Assembly: GCA_963825865.1 (NCBI GenBank)
Contig: CAWGVG010000003.1
Location: 96,001 to 160,000 of the forward strand
Source: an uncultured Nitrososphaeraceae archaeon
Lineage (GTDB): Archaea; Thermoproteota; Nitrososphaeria; Nitrososphaerales; Nitrososphaeraceae
DNA: 64,000 bases
Reading direction: 5' to 3'
In this document: one piece after another, positions 47,079 to 59,941 of the stretch
How positions within the stretch are numbered: position 1 is the first letter of the stretch
How the letters are laid out: each line of letters opens with the position of its first letter
Program-made: the position numbers and the translations under genes
The notes under the pieces: generated by a model
Told to the model about the DNA's origin: nothing
The model's input: only the letters and a program-made list of their open reading frames with translations
Database searches by the model: none

Positions 47079-47795
47079 AATTAGTTAAGGATAAATTCGT
47101 GCAGCTTTAATGTAATTGATGTTAGTAACACTCTTAGAGATATATGTTATCAATTTATTTGCATTGTTGGAAAGTTGTTTATAACGATGATAAGATAATG
47201 GATATAATAATTTTGACATAATAATTGGACGAATTCTTGTGGGTGTTATAAGAGAAAGCCAGATTATACTTTTTTTGTTATAACACACAAATTAAAAATA
47301 ATAATTTTATTTAAAGAATTATCGGCTGTGAGACGCTGATGTTCCATTCGTATATTCATCATTATTCTACTACTATTTTGGATAGTCAAGAGCCATGAAA
47401 ATGCACTTCCTCTCCCTCTTCTCCTTCTCTTATGCATCAGCTTCCAAAATGACGATGATTATGTGGATTACTTACAGAAGCTGTTGAGTCCTTGCCTCCG
47501 TTTCTATATTTTCCAGCAACAAGCCAGGTTACCATGGGTATCTACCACAGCAGGAAGTGAAGACATGTTTGTGTCTTCGAATACTTCATCGAGCCGTCAA
47601 GTCCATAATATTACTCAAGTGAATAAAAACTCATAGTAAGATTCAAATGCACGTTATTCTATGCAAAAAATTAATATTAATATCAGAAATTGCCAAATAT
47701 TCCTAATAAATCAGTCTAGAAATTCAGACTATTGTCTAATAAAAGTATAATACCTCCTACCATTTTATACCAAAGCAAGGAAGCGAACGGTAAAA

Positions 47796-48044
47796 ATGAC
47801 ATGTAAAGGTATATGTATACGCCATAAAGCACAGAAACCAGTCCATTTGGGTCGTTATGCTATGGGACAGAAACGTTGTCAAATATGTGAGCTATTTATA
47901 AGATGGGATGGATTATGGTGCCCCTGCTGCGGATATAGATTAAGAACAAAACCTCGAAACTTGAAATATAAAGCAAAGTTAAAAGCAAGAAAGGAAATAG
48001 AAGAGACTAAAATGATATTAGCTGTGCAGCCTGCACAAAAGTAA
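47796..48044 (+). CDS. conserved thaumarchaeal small zinc-binding protein
   Basis: CKGIC..GQKRCQIC..WCPCCGYRLRTKPR. Confidence 0.8.
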   Translation: MTCKGICIRHKAQKPVHLGRYAMGQKRCQICELFIRWDGLWCPCCGYRLRTKPRNLKYKAKLKARKEIEETKMILAVQPAQK

Positions 48045-48224
48045 TAGAATAACAGCCTATTTTCAACAATGCAATAGCTGCAATCACATAAAAATGATAT
48101 ATACTCCACAGTAGTTGGTTAGTGTTACCAATAACTGATAACGATAATACAAAGAAACATAATCAGAAAGCACTGCGATAAGCAGAACAAGAGATAAGCA
48201 GATCAGTAACAAAAAACGTTATCC

Positions 48225-48440
48225 AATAAGAATAGAAACTGCTTACAAATGCTACCGTGGTTGATTATGCTATTAGATTTGTAGAACAATCTAAAGGGAA
48301 AATAAAATCGCCATCTTCTGGAGACAGAGAAGAGGAAGACAATAAGCAGTCGAAGGATCATGATTATAATGAAGATACTGAAGAATAAGGATAAGAAATT
48401 GAAGAATAGAAATAACAACTAATAACTAAGGTAGTTTAAA
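48225..48440 (+). pseudogene. C-terminal fragment of the terminase-associated small protein family
   Basis: KLLTNATVVDYAIRFVEQSK followed by an acidic tail with several TAA/TAG. Confidence 0.5.
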
Positions 48441-49035
48441 ACTTTTAATCCAAAATATGTCAAATTTGATTCTCGAACTCCTGATCCATAGTACATAGTG
48501 ATAAGAAGGTAGGTGTTGCTACAGGAACTTGTAATTATAGATGCCATTCAAACTAACGACTCCTGTAATAAAATTACGACTGCACTTAATTGTACTAATG
48601 CATCTGCAACCAATGAACTTACGGATTTCTAAAAAATCCATATATTCAAAAGCGTCTCATCTTTAACAGAAAATAACGTCAAGGTACCTACAGTTGATCT
48701 ATCTTCTCGGAGGTTAGCCGACCGATTGCATCTATATATGCATATGGTCGTATTGATCATATGTAAAGGCTGTTATTGCCCAACTGTATGATGAACATTA
48801 TATACGTCACACTATGATTTTAACTCCCTTGACAAACGTCCTTCAAATGAGTGCTCCTTATAGAGATAGACGTAGATATTTGAGGTAATGGTAAAAAATA
48901 AAATCAGATTGATTACTCCAAACATTCAGATATGTTCCCTTCCAGAAGTATATAGTCGATTTAATCTCTTCATTTATAGTTAATAGGAGAATCAGAAAGC
49001 CATTTGTAATTATATGATATCAGTGGTTAAGGAAA

Positions 49036-49553
49036 ATGACAAATAAGAGGAATGAAAAAAAGAGAAAAACAGATGATAGCTACTTTGCAGTTAGTCGTCG
49101 TAAAACAAGAAAAATTATGATTAAAATTCTTTCTATAGGTTCAGCAGTTATAGCAGCATTCATTGCTATGGTTATAATAACTGGTGCTTCTATAACAAGC
49201 CATGACGATAAATCACTAGTAATGCACCTTCATCCACTTCTAAATGTTATGGTAAATGGTAAGTCTATTACTGTCCCAAAAAATATAGGTATAGATTCAC
49301 TATTGCATAAAGATCATTCTCTAGATCATTTTGGAACGAGTGGGGCCGCGCCATTGCATACTCACGATGATAGTGGTACCATTCACGTAGAGTCTACAGC
49401 AAACAGAAATTATACATTAGGAGAGTTTCTAAATATTTGGGGGTTAGATCTTAAAGGCAAAACAGTTAGGCAACCGTTGATGGTACCGTCATTTCTGACC
49501 ATATAAGTCATATTTTAGAAGACGGACAAAATCTGAATCTATATATTACATAA
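49036..49553 (+). CDS. membrane-anchored His-motif protein, frameshift near the C-terminus
   Basis: TM helix, MHLHP, PKNIGI, LHTHDDSGTIHVES, YTLGEFLNIWG. Confidence 0.75.
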
Positions 49554-50023
49554 TAATCAAACAACACGGTTTAGTAAGAAGAAAACCAAATAAAAATCCA
49601 CATACAGTAGTTAATAATGAGCTATCTCTTATTACGCTATCGTAATCTTTGATTACATCATCTTTTACATCCTCTTCTGATATTTTTATTCGTATACTCT
49701 TTATTTTATCTTCTAGCATTTTAGAACTACCGTCTTTTAATATTTAGTTCCTTTTACTTAATTAAAATTATAGGTAATTCTTACTATTGCTTTACGAATT
49801 AGATATACATTAACAACCACTTAAGACATCGGAAAAAAATTTATCCAAATCAGAAAAAAGAAGATGAAACGAACAAGTCCTTATTTAGAAACAGAATTGT
49901 GGGAATGTGATTAACTTTTATGTATTTTAAAATACAATCCATGAAAGCGTAATAAAGCTGATCAACGTAAGTTCTGGGAGACGTACGACTATTGAATAAA
50001 AAGTCAGGGTAGAAGTAGTGCAT

Positions 50024-50683
50024 TCAAGATATGAATTGAAATGAGTGAATCATTTTCTGTGCCATTGGAAGTGTTTCAGGTACCAGGGATGATCCTGTAG
50101 TGAATATCAATGTGTAAAGTTTGTCACCTCTAATCATATATGTGTCTATGTTGAATGTATCAGCTAGACCACTGAGATGAGTGATATACTGTATCTGCAT
50201 TGCAGAATTACCTCCAACAGTTGTTGAATTAGTTCTGAGAATCTCACGACTAATGTCGCTGCTGCCTAGAGAAGCACCTGGTGAGGATAAGAATTTAATT
50301 TTATCAGAAACAACATCATCTAAACTTTTAGGTTTCACTTTCAAATCTTTTTTATCTAGGGATTTCTCTACAGGTGTTACGCCGATGGTTAAAAATGTAT
50401 GTTTGTCTATGTCAAGAAATGTGCCAATGGGTGCTACAAATGCTATAACTGTGTCAGTTCCATAATACAGAAATTCCATTGAATGTAATGTATTTTTTGG
50501 GGCTATGTACCAGTCTGAAGGATACTGTATTCTAAACAGATACTGACTGTTTTCATAAGTCTTTGTCATAGCGGCTGTGGTCACTACTGTAGTAGTTTGC
50601 GCAGATGCTACTATAATAGACACGAACATCGACAACAAAAGAGGAATAATAATAGCAAATGCAATTGTTCTAATTGGCATCAT
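50024..50683 (-). CDS. secreted PsbP-like protein
   Basis: Signal peptide, TYEN...IQYPSDW, QKMIHSFQF. Confidence 0.7.
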   Translation of the reverse strand: MMPIRTIAFAIIIPLLLSMFVSIIVASAQTTTVVTTAAMTKTYENSQYLFRIQYPSDWYIAPKNTLHSMEFLYYGTDTVIAFVAPIGTFLDIDKHTFLTIGVTPVEKSLDKKDLKVKPKSLDDVVSDKIKFLSSPGASLGSSDISREILRTNSTTVGGNSAMQIQYITHLSGLADTFNIDTYMIRGDKLYTLIFTTGSSLVPETLPMAQKMIHSFQFIS

Positions 50684-51017
50684 TATTTCTTGTTACACTA
50701 CTAATTTCAATCCTTGGATTTATACTTACTAACTTGTGTCCCTTTCAGCAACTGATCCACTGAGTTCCTACTAGCTCTTTTGGTGTTTATAGCGACTACT
50801 TACGCCGAACTTGGAATGATTATCTTGGACGAATAGAACATTTTATGAGGTGGCTATACAATCAAAAATACAATTTAATGTGCATTCTATTTCTTTAATT
50901 AAACTAGATTCTATTTTTATGCCTTCGTAAGAAGAATCTAAAAATGTTTTAACCTCAGTGTTATGCGAGTTAAAGGTTAAATCATAGGTCTTAATATTAA
51001 TTGTTGTCGGTCTAAAA

Positions 51018-51296
51018 ATGAGTTATGGTAGAGACAGCGGTTATGGCCGCGGCAGGGGCAGAAGTTATGGTGGCAGTGGTAATAGAGGTTTCAACAGAGG
51101 TTCTCCTGGCCCAAAACCAGTCGAAGCAGGCAAGGAATATGAAGTAGATATTACCGAAATCAGTAGACGAGGAGACGGGATTGCAAAAGTCCAAGATTTT
51201 GTAGTTTTCGTTGAGAACGGAAAGGTTGGAGATAAGGTTAAGGTAAAGGTTACACAGGTAGCAGATAGATTCGCAAAAGCGACAATTGTGCCATAA
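51018..51296 (+). CDS. TRAM-domain RNA-binding protein
   Basis: RG-rich N-terminus, PVEAGKEYEVDI..RRGDGIAKV..FVVFV. Confidence 0.9.
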   Translation: MSYGRDSGYGRGRGRSYGGSGNRGFNRGSPGPKPVEAGKEYEVDITEISRRGDGIAKVQDFVVFVENGKVGDKVKVKVTQVADRFAKATIVP

Positions 51297-52129
51297 TAGT
51301 ACAGTATACCTTAATAGTATAATCGATTGCTTTTGTTTTGACATTTGGATGGGAATTTCATTGTTTTCGAATTTGACAAATCCAAGCGCTGTGAATACTG
51401 CTGTTGTTGGGTACCTGCGCCAAAAATTAGGAATGGATGTAGACGCCAAAGAATGCTTTGAGAAAGCAAAGAATTGGATAAGTAAGTCAATAAAGAAAAC
51501 TGGAAGCTAAAGCAACAATACAATCTTAATCAGACTTACAAAGAAATTAAAGACAATATTGGTCATTTTGTAGAGCTGTATAGGTTTCATATTTTGTATT
51601 GCAATCCCGCTTAACCTAAGTTAAAAACAACCTAATTAGAAGTTAGTATGTGTCGTCTATTGCAATTATTTCTAACCTATTTTTAACTGCTACTATTGCC
51701 ATAGATAGTATCCAGAATAATAATTGTTATTATTATAATGTGATGGAGGAAAATCCTACAATTGACGTAGTTTCTGTTGGGACAATTCACCATTTGCAAA
51801 TATCAACGCCTTGCAATGATCACACCTCAACATTGTCTTGAGAGTATTGGTAGGTTTAGGATAGCTGACCAACTACCCAAAGGACAATAAACTGTACGAA
51901 TGAGATTATGGTACAGGTACCTTTCTTAACTTCACGCCTCAGTTAATGTCGCTATATATATAGAGATTAGTATTTCCGTCCTTGTTGTCTCCCTTTCGTA
52001 GTGTCTCTATTCAAGCATAGTTAATGGCATTTTGTTACTTGTTTAGACAGTTGTTGTTGTAAGAATTATCCCAATACGTCTGCAAAGCAGTAGCAGCTGA
52101 AATGTAGAATTTATAGACCAGTAAACAGA

Positions 52130-52304
52130 ATTCCTAAAAACGTCTTTGTTGAAAAGTCTGTTCTTGATATTCAACAATCATTTGAGTATAACTAGGAATA
52201 TCTTTTCTAGCTTCATCTATTGTTCTTCTGGCATTCTCCGTGGTTTGATCTAATGTTGTATTGACAGATTGTTGTTGTTCTTGCTGTTCTTTTGTAGTTG
52301 ACAT
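52130..52304 (-). pseudogene. phasin-like protein fragment
   Basis: MSTTKEQQEQQQSVNTTLDQTTENARRTIDEARKDIPSYTQMIVEYQEQ, then truncation. Confidence 0.45.
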
Positions 52305-52639
52305 ATTGTTTCCTATAATATATACACAAAGTGACTATATAGAAATGACTATAGAGTAGTTCCTCTACTAAGTACCGACAGCAGCATCCTCTTCTTGTTT
52401 CCAGCTATAACTTGAACCCCAATAATCTGTTTTACGGGTATCCTATCTCTAGTCTAGCAGATTTGAATCCATGTGCCGAAGACATGACTAGCCTATGCGA
52501 AAGGCTATGTTTCATTATAATAAGTGAAGGAGGGCAACAACCAAAGCTATGATTAAGAAGAAGAACAAGGTTTTTTATTCTTATTCTTTAGTTCTGTTTG
52601 TTTTTTATCCAGTAATATTTGCATGCCGTCAACCCCTGT

Positions 52640-53185
52640 AAAAGAAATTGGCTATGAATTATACTTATACTTTCTTTGCCTTTTCTACAGAAAAACTGCA
52701 AAAAAGCATTATCAAGATTTATCAAAATAGAAGCCGTGTTCCAATTTGGAAATAGATACAGAGAAATTTAGACCAGAAAAAATATCCTATAAAAGATGAA
52801 GGATTTCTGAATTTGTAGTTGACGAAACACAAATTAAAGTAGGCAATGACTATTTCTGGATTTGGATTGTAATTGAACCTACTGATAAATCCATTCTTCA
52901 TATTTATCTTTCCGCAGAAAGAACCATGTTTGTTGCAGAACATTTTCTTCAGAATCTAATAAACAAATATGGAAAACACCAGATTTCAACAGACGGTGGC
53001 ACGTGGTATCCGTATGTAAGTTCCTCAAAATAGGACACCATCTCCATTCTTCTTTAGAGAAAAGTGTCGTTGAGCTATAAATTCAATACATAAAAGATAG
53101 AACAGAGAATTTTAACGACTATTTTCCTTGTAATAAAAATAAATGCAAACTAAAACACGTGACCAGCTGATTACACCTATTTTTG
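52640..53185 (+). mobile_element. IS6-family transposase pseudogene
   Basis: FVVDETQIKVG..WIWIVIEP..ERTMFVAEHF..KYGKHQISTDGGTWYP..IQYIKDRTENFNDYFPC; several stops and frameshifts. Confidence 0.85.
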
Positions 53186-53209
53186 AGCTTCAGAGGTGGT
53201 TTCTTAAGT

Positions 53210-53330
53210 ATGCAGCATTATATGTTTTAGAGTCAACAGTAACACCATTTGGATATTCGAATTGTCCATCTGCTGTACCAAAAGAACTCAATTTCTTTAT
53301 AAATAAGGGATGTTGGAGCGCAACAACAAT
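53210..53330 (-). pseudogene. NHL-repeat gene fragment
   Basis: SSFGTADGQFEYPNGVTVDS. Confidence 0.45.
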
Positions 53331-53488
53331 GTCAATAATTCGCTATGAATTGAATTTCGCAGGATTCTTATTTATTCTTGACTAGGAGCTGGCGTAGAAA
53401 GAGTAGTAGTACTAAGTGAAGTGTCTGAATTTATGTCGTTATTTGTTCATTACATAACCTAGATTTGGAAATAGTTAAAGCTTAGTAA

Positions 53489-54577
53489 ATGAGATATTTT
53501 CATTCTGTGAATCATCCTTTCAAACTCAAACTTACCATAGGACAGAGGAACAAATTAAAGTCATTTATGAAGAATACGGGTAACAAAAAAGAATACCGCA
53601 GGCTACTGGCTATACTCCAAAAAGCTGAAGGTAGAACTTACGAAGACATAGCAAATGAACACGGAGTCAGCAGCAGGTCTGTACAGAGATGGGTTGCTCG
53701 CCTATATCCAAAGTGGGATAGATAGAATAAAGATGAAGAAACCTGGCGGAACAAAATCTGGCATAACAGATGAAAACAGAGAGATTATTCTATCAGCATT
53801 ATTTAACGACCCGCACATCTTTGGTTATCTTAGAAATACATGGAGTCTGAGATCACTTGCAAACTGTCTGACAAATGAGCTAGGAATCCCAATCAGCTTC
53901 AAGCACCTGCAGAGAATAACAAAAGATTTAGGAGTTAGGTGCAAAAGGCCAAAACTGGAATTGCTACATGGAGGAGAGGATTATGAAGAGGGAAAAGAGA
54001 AAGTGCAAAACTACAAACAGATAGCTTCAGCTCTAAAAAAAAGGGAGTTGTAGTAGCATTTGAAGATGAGACTATTATAACACAGAAACCTTGTATTCGA
54101 AAATCCATGAGTTTTGAAGGTGAGCAACAAAGGATAGAACATACTGGTAGTAGAAAGAAGTTCTCTGCATACATATCCATGGTATGGCCTGAAGAGAAAT
54201 TAATGACGTATGATTTCTATGATAAAATGGATTCTACGAATACTATCGACCATCTAGAGAATCTCAAGACAAACATTATGAAAAATGATTGGTGGAAAAG
54301 ACTGGTACTCATATGGGATAACGCTTCATATCATGTAAGCCTAATGGTACGGAATTATATCAATGCACAGAGAAAGAAGACTGGCTGACCATAATCCACC
54401 TTCCAAAGAAAGCACCATACCTAAATCCGAATGAAAGGAAAGTAAACCAGCAAATAAAGTCAGATGTATGTGCGAATAGATTCTATGAACATATGGAAGA
54501 CCAGAAAGCTGCAGTATCAGAATATTTGGACAAACGATTTGGAAGATGGTATGACGACATTAGTTATGACACTTGAC
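53489..54577 (+). mobile_element. IS630-family transposase, near complete
   Basis: HTH (IANEHGVSSRSVQRWV), WSLRSLA, A8G3 slip site at 54035-54045, FEDET, WDNASYH, APYLNPNE. Confidence 0.9.
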
Positions 54578-54985
54578 TTATGATTGGCCTTCAAATGGAA
54601 AACCTTTGGGACAGTTTAAGGCAGTAAAGGTAGCAGGAGATGAATGGTCATAATAATAATATTGCTATTTCCATATATGTCCATACATATTAATGGGATC
54701 ATTTACCAATATGCCTTACTGTGGCGATTAACGCATATTGAATATTTTTTAGGTATAATCAGGTTTGAAGAGATTATCGAGAGGTTTATACACTATGTTG
54801 AAAAAATGCAACAAATGTGGCAAGGAGTTTGTGACGAGCAAAGATCATGTATTATGTCATGATTGTTGGATGAGTGAAATAGAAAAAATAGGGGGAATGA
54901 CAGATGATGCTTAAACACGCTGGAGCCAATCTGTAATGATTTGACTCAGCTTCGCATTATTGTTAAAATATATTATGAGATATAT

Positions 54986-55750
54986 TCAAGTTATAAACAT
55001 CTTTGAAGCTGCCCTTTCATGCTTCATTTGAGTTATATCTATTCCAGGAGCAAATTGCCATATGCCTGTTAAAGGTCTATCTATGTTTGTATCTACTGTC
55101 TCCAGGATTACAGGCTTCAATTCATGAATTATCCTTTGTCCATCAAAATGGTTTAGCATACCTAGTCTGAGTGAAGCACCAATCATACTGGCAGTGAAAC
55201 TATAAAGCATCATTACAGCAGACTTGTATTTTGGAATTCCAAAGATACTGCTAACCACCGCTAGTGCTACGGGGTAAATACCAGAAGCTCTGGCTTCCTT
55301 TATTGCTTCTTGCTATCTATTTAGAATGGCCGTGGCGTTGCTGTTGTTATCATTATTACCAGCGACACCATTATTATTAGTATTATTTATAAAGGAACTT
55401 ATGCATTTTAGAATCTGGTTGCCTGATCTAGTCGAAGCGTTTCTTACCTCCTGCAATACCCTCATTGCAAATATTGTTTGATTTATTTCAATCAACTTCT
55501 GTATATCTGAAATTAGTATGGCTTGATATGAGTTTCCTATGGCGACACAATCTACAGGACCAACTTGTTGTGTCAAAAAAACCTTTGTCAGATCACGTAC
55601 CTGATTTGCACTCCTTATCTTTTTATCATAGAAATACGTTTCAAGCCCATTTGACATCGTATACATCCCAGTTGGAAAGAAAGAATCTGAAAGCTGCAAT
55701 GCACTAATCTCATCAATACCTACCTTCTCAGTCTTTTTACTAGGATCCAT
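54986..55750 (-). CDS. ureF: urease accessory protein UreF with one in-frame TAG
   Basis: LQLSDSFFPTGMYTMSNGLE, GASLRLG..FDGQ, MKHE..KMFIT; both ORFs are in the same frame, with TAG at 55313-55315. Confidence 0.85.
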
Positions 55751-56213
55751 ATGATGTTGTTCCTTATGCTACTTTAATTATTTAATGTCACTGTCGATTT
55801 GATTCATTCTTCCTGCTTATTTCTGTCTTCGAATGTTCTTTACCTGATTCTAGTAAACAAACGAATATTGTAAGATTATGACCACGAAAGAACAGTCTTT
55901 AGAAAATAGGACAACAAGAACCCAGCTCGAGATCCGCCATGGTTCGATAGTATATGTATCTGAGACTGGGGCATAATACTCTGTTCATATTTTTGCCAAT
56001 TTCCATTGATGATGTGGTATAAAGTTAGCCTCAGTTTTATGGTGAAAAACGATCAAATCCACCCAAAGAAGACTAGCCGTAACAAATACTTTATAATCTG
56101 TCTTAATTAACATACATGTCAATAGTTGTCAAATATGGGAAAAGATGAACTCATTTCTTAAAATCACTATATTGCTTATGCTGATACTCGGATATTGGTT
56201 AGCTGTATTTTTA

Positions 56214-57090
56214 TCATGTGTACATTCGTTCTACTCTTGCGTTCGGCTGTCCTTGTTCTTGTTGTTTCTGCTGCTGTGCTAGCATTACCTTAATTAGATC
56301 CTCCATCTGTCTTCTGGTCTTCTCTCCTTTTCGTCTTAACGGGCTTGTGTTAATATCGAGTATACCGTGGCGAAGGGAACCAATTGATTCTATGAGCAAT
56401 GCGACACCTTCAGAATCAGGAATACCGTTAGAAGCAGGTATGTATAAGCCCGTACATCTAATCTCATCTGACAAGCATGATGCCAAGAAGCCGCCTGAAG
56501 TCCCTTCTATAAAAGCCATGAATTTACTATCACTATCATCATCATCACCGATAGGTTGTAAACCACCATCATTATAAGCCGCCTTGACATCACTTGACAA
56601 TGCCAGGGTCTTTCTATCCGGTCCCGGAATACCCTCAACCGGAAAACCATCTAAAAGTATGACTTCTTTGGGATTATACTTCTTAATCCACTTTACAACT
56701 GTGCTTAGGTACAGAGTGAATTCCTGTCCTTATTATGGGTATATCACATAGGATAATGCATATTTTCCCATCATTATCTGCGTATATGCGAAATGGATGC
56801 CTGAGCTTTCCACCTATGTATATTATTCCTGGAATAATAAACTCCGAGTCGACAAATGCTATCTGGTGCATGCGTAATTGTTCTATGATATAGTTGGTCG
56901 CTATTGATCCTACCATGCCTGGCCCTGGAAAAGCAACAATAGTGGTTGGCTCATTTAATTTAATATTCTTAATAGTAGTTTTTGGTTTTATGCTAGTTTT
57001 TCCGTCAGCAGAAGAAACAACAGTAACAATCTCTGCTGCCTCTGATATTGCTGTATTATCTGCACTTGTTTTCTTGTCCATATCAATCAT
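56214..57090 (-). CDS. PAC2-family proteasome assembly chaperone, frameshifted
   Basis: FPGPGMVGSIA, HPFRIY, PDSEGVA, C-terminal MYT (HbYX). Confidence 0.85.
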
Positions 57091-57095
57091 ACAAG

Positions 57096-57755
57096 CTACA
57101 AAGACTTTATAATATCTTGTATCTTCCTTATCTTTGCTCCATAAATACGTTTTATGTAATCCAAGCCTGAGGTATGTTCTTCTTCTGTAAATGCCTCTAC
57201 TCCATCTTCTGCCACTACTATATTAAACCCTCTTATAAAAGCGTCATAGGACGTATGTCTGTCACAGATATTGGTATGCAGACCTGTTATTATTAATGTA
57301 TCAGCACCCTTTCCATCGTAAACCCCTTTGAGGGCTCTGTCCAAACCAGTCCCATCAAAGGCACTATACGTTCTCTTGGGAATTATATAATCTGTGTCTG
57401 TTGTTGATGATGATGATGGATTTAGCTCATCTATTACTTTCGCTCCTTCAGTATATTTCATGGCATGAGGACCCCATAAATTCATCTCATAAGTATCAAT
57501 TGGAAGATGTTCGTCAATGCAGTAAAAAACAGGTATCTGCTTTTGTCTTGCGGCATCAACCAAGAGTTTTATGTTCGGTATTATTCGAGTAGCCCTTTCA
57601 CATTTGAGTTTACCTTTGACAAAGTCATTTTGCATATCAATTACCAAAATAGCATACCTCTGCTGCGCTTTTGCTGCTCTTTTTATGGATTCATCTCTAA
57701 AAGAAGCTGATGATGATGATAGAATCCGCTCCTTTAGTTGAATCTTGTTTATCAT
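57096..57755 (-). CDS. isochorismatase/nicotinamidase-family cysteine hydrolase
   Basis: IDMQNDF, KRTYSAF, GLHTNICDRHT. Confidence 0.9.
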   Translation of the reverse strand: MINKIQLKERILSSSSASFRDESIKRAAKAQQRYAILVIDMQNDFVKGKLKCERATRIIPNIKLLVDAARQKQIPVFYCIDEHLPIDTYEMNLWGPHAMKYTEGAKVIDELNPSSSSTTDTDYIIPKRTYSAFDGTGLDRALKGVYDGKGADTLIITGLHTNICDRHTSYDAFIRGFNIVVAEDGVEAFTEEEHTSGLDYIKRIYGAKIRKIQDIIKSL

Positions 57756-58090
57756 CTATTTGGCTGGTACTGATAGCGCTGTTTTCCGTTTCTTTTTCTC
57801 CTCCTACTCATTGTAATGTATCCATCTATTCACTAGAAGAATATATATAGAAATTGAATACAGTGCAATGCACAATATACGTAAGTATATCCATTCCCAT
57901 TAGACAATATAGTACATATACATCAGAGTTAGAATCAAAAACAACACACGGCATGTTGTATGGAATTATGATCATAAATCCGAAATCATATAACACGCAG
58001 GAAAAGTAGCTTTATCTAGCATATAATAACGTCATGCACTGCAACCGCGCTACTTAAATAAATATTGTATTATGTGTAATTTAATAAAAA

Positions 58091-58720
58091 ATGGCCTCAG
58101 GAACCCAAATTCATAAATTAAAAGTGGCAGACTATATGACTGATAATCCTATAACAATACAATCTAGAGCAACGTTTCCAGAAGCTGTAACTATCATGGC
58201 CACCAAAGGAATTGGCAATCTTATTGTAACAGAAAATCGTAATGTCGTTGTTGGCCTCCTTACAGAAAGGGAAATCCTTCAATATCTTTCATTGAATAGG
58301 GAAATACCAAATAAAAATATCGAATATACTGCGTTGCAATCATTTAGCCAAATATCGCCAGATGATACGATTTATGCTGCAGCTAAATCAATGATTTCCA
58401 ATAAAACCAGATTGCTGGTTTTTGAGGATAATAATAATAATAAATTAGCAGGGATAATTACAGCATCACATATAGTCAGAGCATTTAGGAAAACAGATAG
58501 CAATCCGCCAGTAGAAGATGTAATGAGCAATAAAATATTTGATCTGGCATATAACAATTCCATTCTCATGGCAGTCAAAATATTACGCAAAAGAAGAATT
58601 GGCAGCGTTATTGTAACCAAAGACGAAAAGCCATACGGAATATTTACTGAAAGAGATTTGCTTACGAAAGTTTTATCAAAAGGTGTAGAACTAGATGAAA
58701 AAGTTGGCAGCTCTCTCTAA
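58091..58720 (+). CDS. CBS-domain protein, likely truncated
   Basis: VADYMT, GLLTEREI, GIFTERDL; ends after three CBS motifs. Confidence 0.8.
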   Translation: MASGTQIHKLKVADYMTDNPITIQSRATFPEAVTIMATKGIGNLIVTENRNVVVGLLTEREILQYLSLNREIPNKNIEYTALQSFSQISPDDTIYAAAKSMISNKTRLLVFEDNNNNKLAGIITASHIVRAFRKTDSNPPVEDVMSNKIFDLAYNNSILMAVKILRKRRIGSVIVTKDEKPYGIFTERDLLTKVLSKGVELDEKVGSSL

Positions 58721-59319
58721 TCCTGATCATATCTAAACAACTATCCAATATGTGTTATATCAAATCCTAATTGCTCCTTTAAAGCAAATTACTGAACGTA
58801 AAAGTCTATTGCTAAGATCATAACTGATACCATATGCAAAAATAAATTAAAACTTTACAATTTAAAAATAGATCAACCCGACCCTGTGCTGATTAACAAA
58901 GTTTATAATGAAGATGATTCAAGGGGAAAGTATTAAATACAAATACTCTTCCAATTAGGATATCTTTTTAGCCTGGCAAAGAAAGTTTGAAATCATCACA
59001 CGCAGGATTTCACGTATCAATATGCTAAATAAAAGATATTTTTTTACAATCAATAATTTTTCAACGCCTACGAAGAATATCTCCAAACCAATACTCACTG
59101 GCCCTGTAGAAACCATTAATTATTATAATAAGATTTGTTAATCTATGCATGTTATACGCTATACATCTAAACGACAATTCTCTGTTCTGCGTTTTTACTG
59201 ACCTTGATGTAAGATGTTCTCCAAATATATTTCGTTTTTGTTTCTCTGATGGTAGACTACCTTGGAGTAACCCCGCTTCATCTGTTTTCTATACTTTCCA
59301 TGCGTTCTCCATATTGGTA

Positions 59320-59650
59320 CTTCAGATCTATGTAGATGGCCTAGTAGTAATCAACGAGAGCAAGAAACCTATCGGCAGGATTAGTAGCAAACACATCATT
59401 TCCGATATTCTAAGGATTGGCTATCCAGACTGGTTAGAAAGAACGCAGAACAGATTGTGGATGATTTTGTGGTAACTGTAGATATGAATTCGCCTTTGGG
59501 CAAAGCATTAGAAATCTTTGAGAAAACAAGGTTTGCTTTTGTTTCCATAATAGCTAAAGATAGCTCAACAGTAGGCAGCATCACTTTCCATGAGATATTC
59601 TACCTTTAATAGCGAGAACTAATATCGATAGACCAATAAAAGATTTATGC
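59320..59650 (+). pseudogene. CBS-domain gene fragment
   Basis: IYVDGLVVINESKKPIGRISSKHI..SPLGKALEIFEKTRFAFV. Confidence 0.5.
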
Positions 59651-59941
59651 TCTCCAGCCAGATATTAGAATACTATATATATATGATAACCTCGCCCCGA
59701 TTCATTTGTTATCATAGATGCGAAGAAACAACAACCATTAAGCCGTTATCCAATTCACTTTACAACCAATACGGGTTTGTGTGCATAAGTTACTACGTTA
59801 GAAGCAACACTTCCCTTCAGGATAATTACTGTCTGCAGCAATATGAAGGACGAAGTTATCCTTGCCATTATAACACCGCTTACCGCAGCAGCAAACTAAT
59901 TAACAATATAAATGACAAATAGATAGGAGAGTTAGTACACT

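Noticed and set aside
55313-55315. Pyrrolysine-type TAG recoding
   Set aside because: No pyl genes in the window, and TAG is used as a normal stop (queC, PUA gene)
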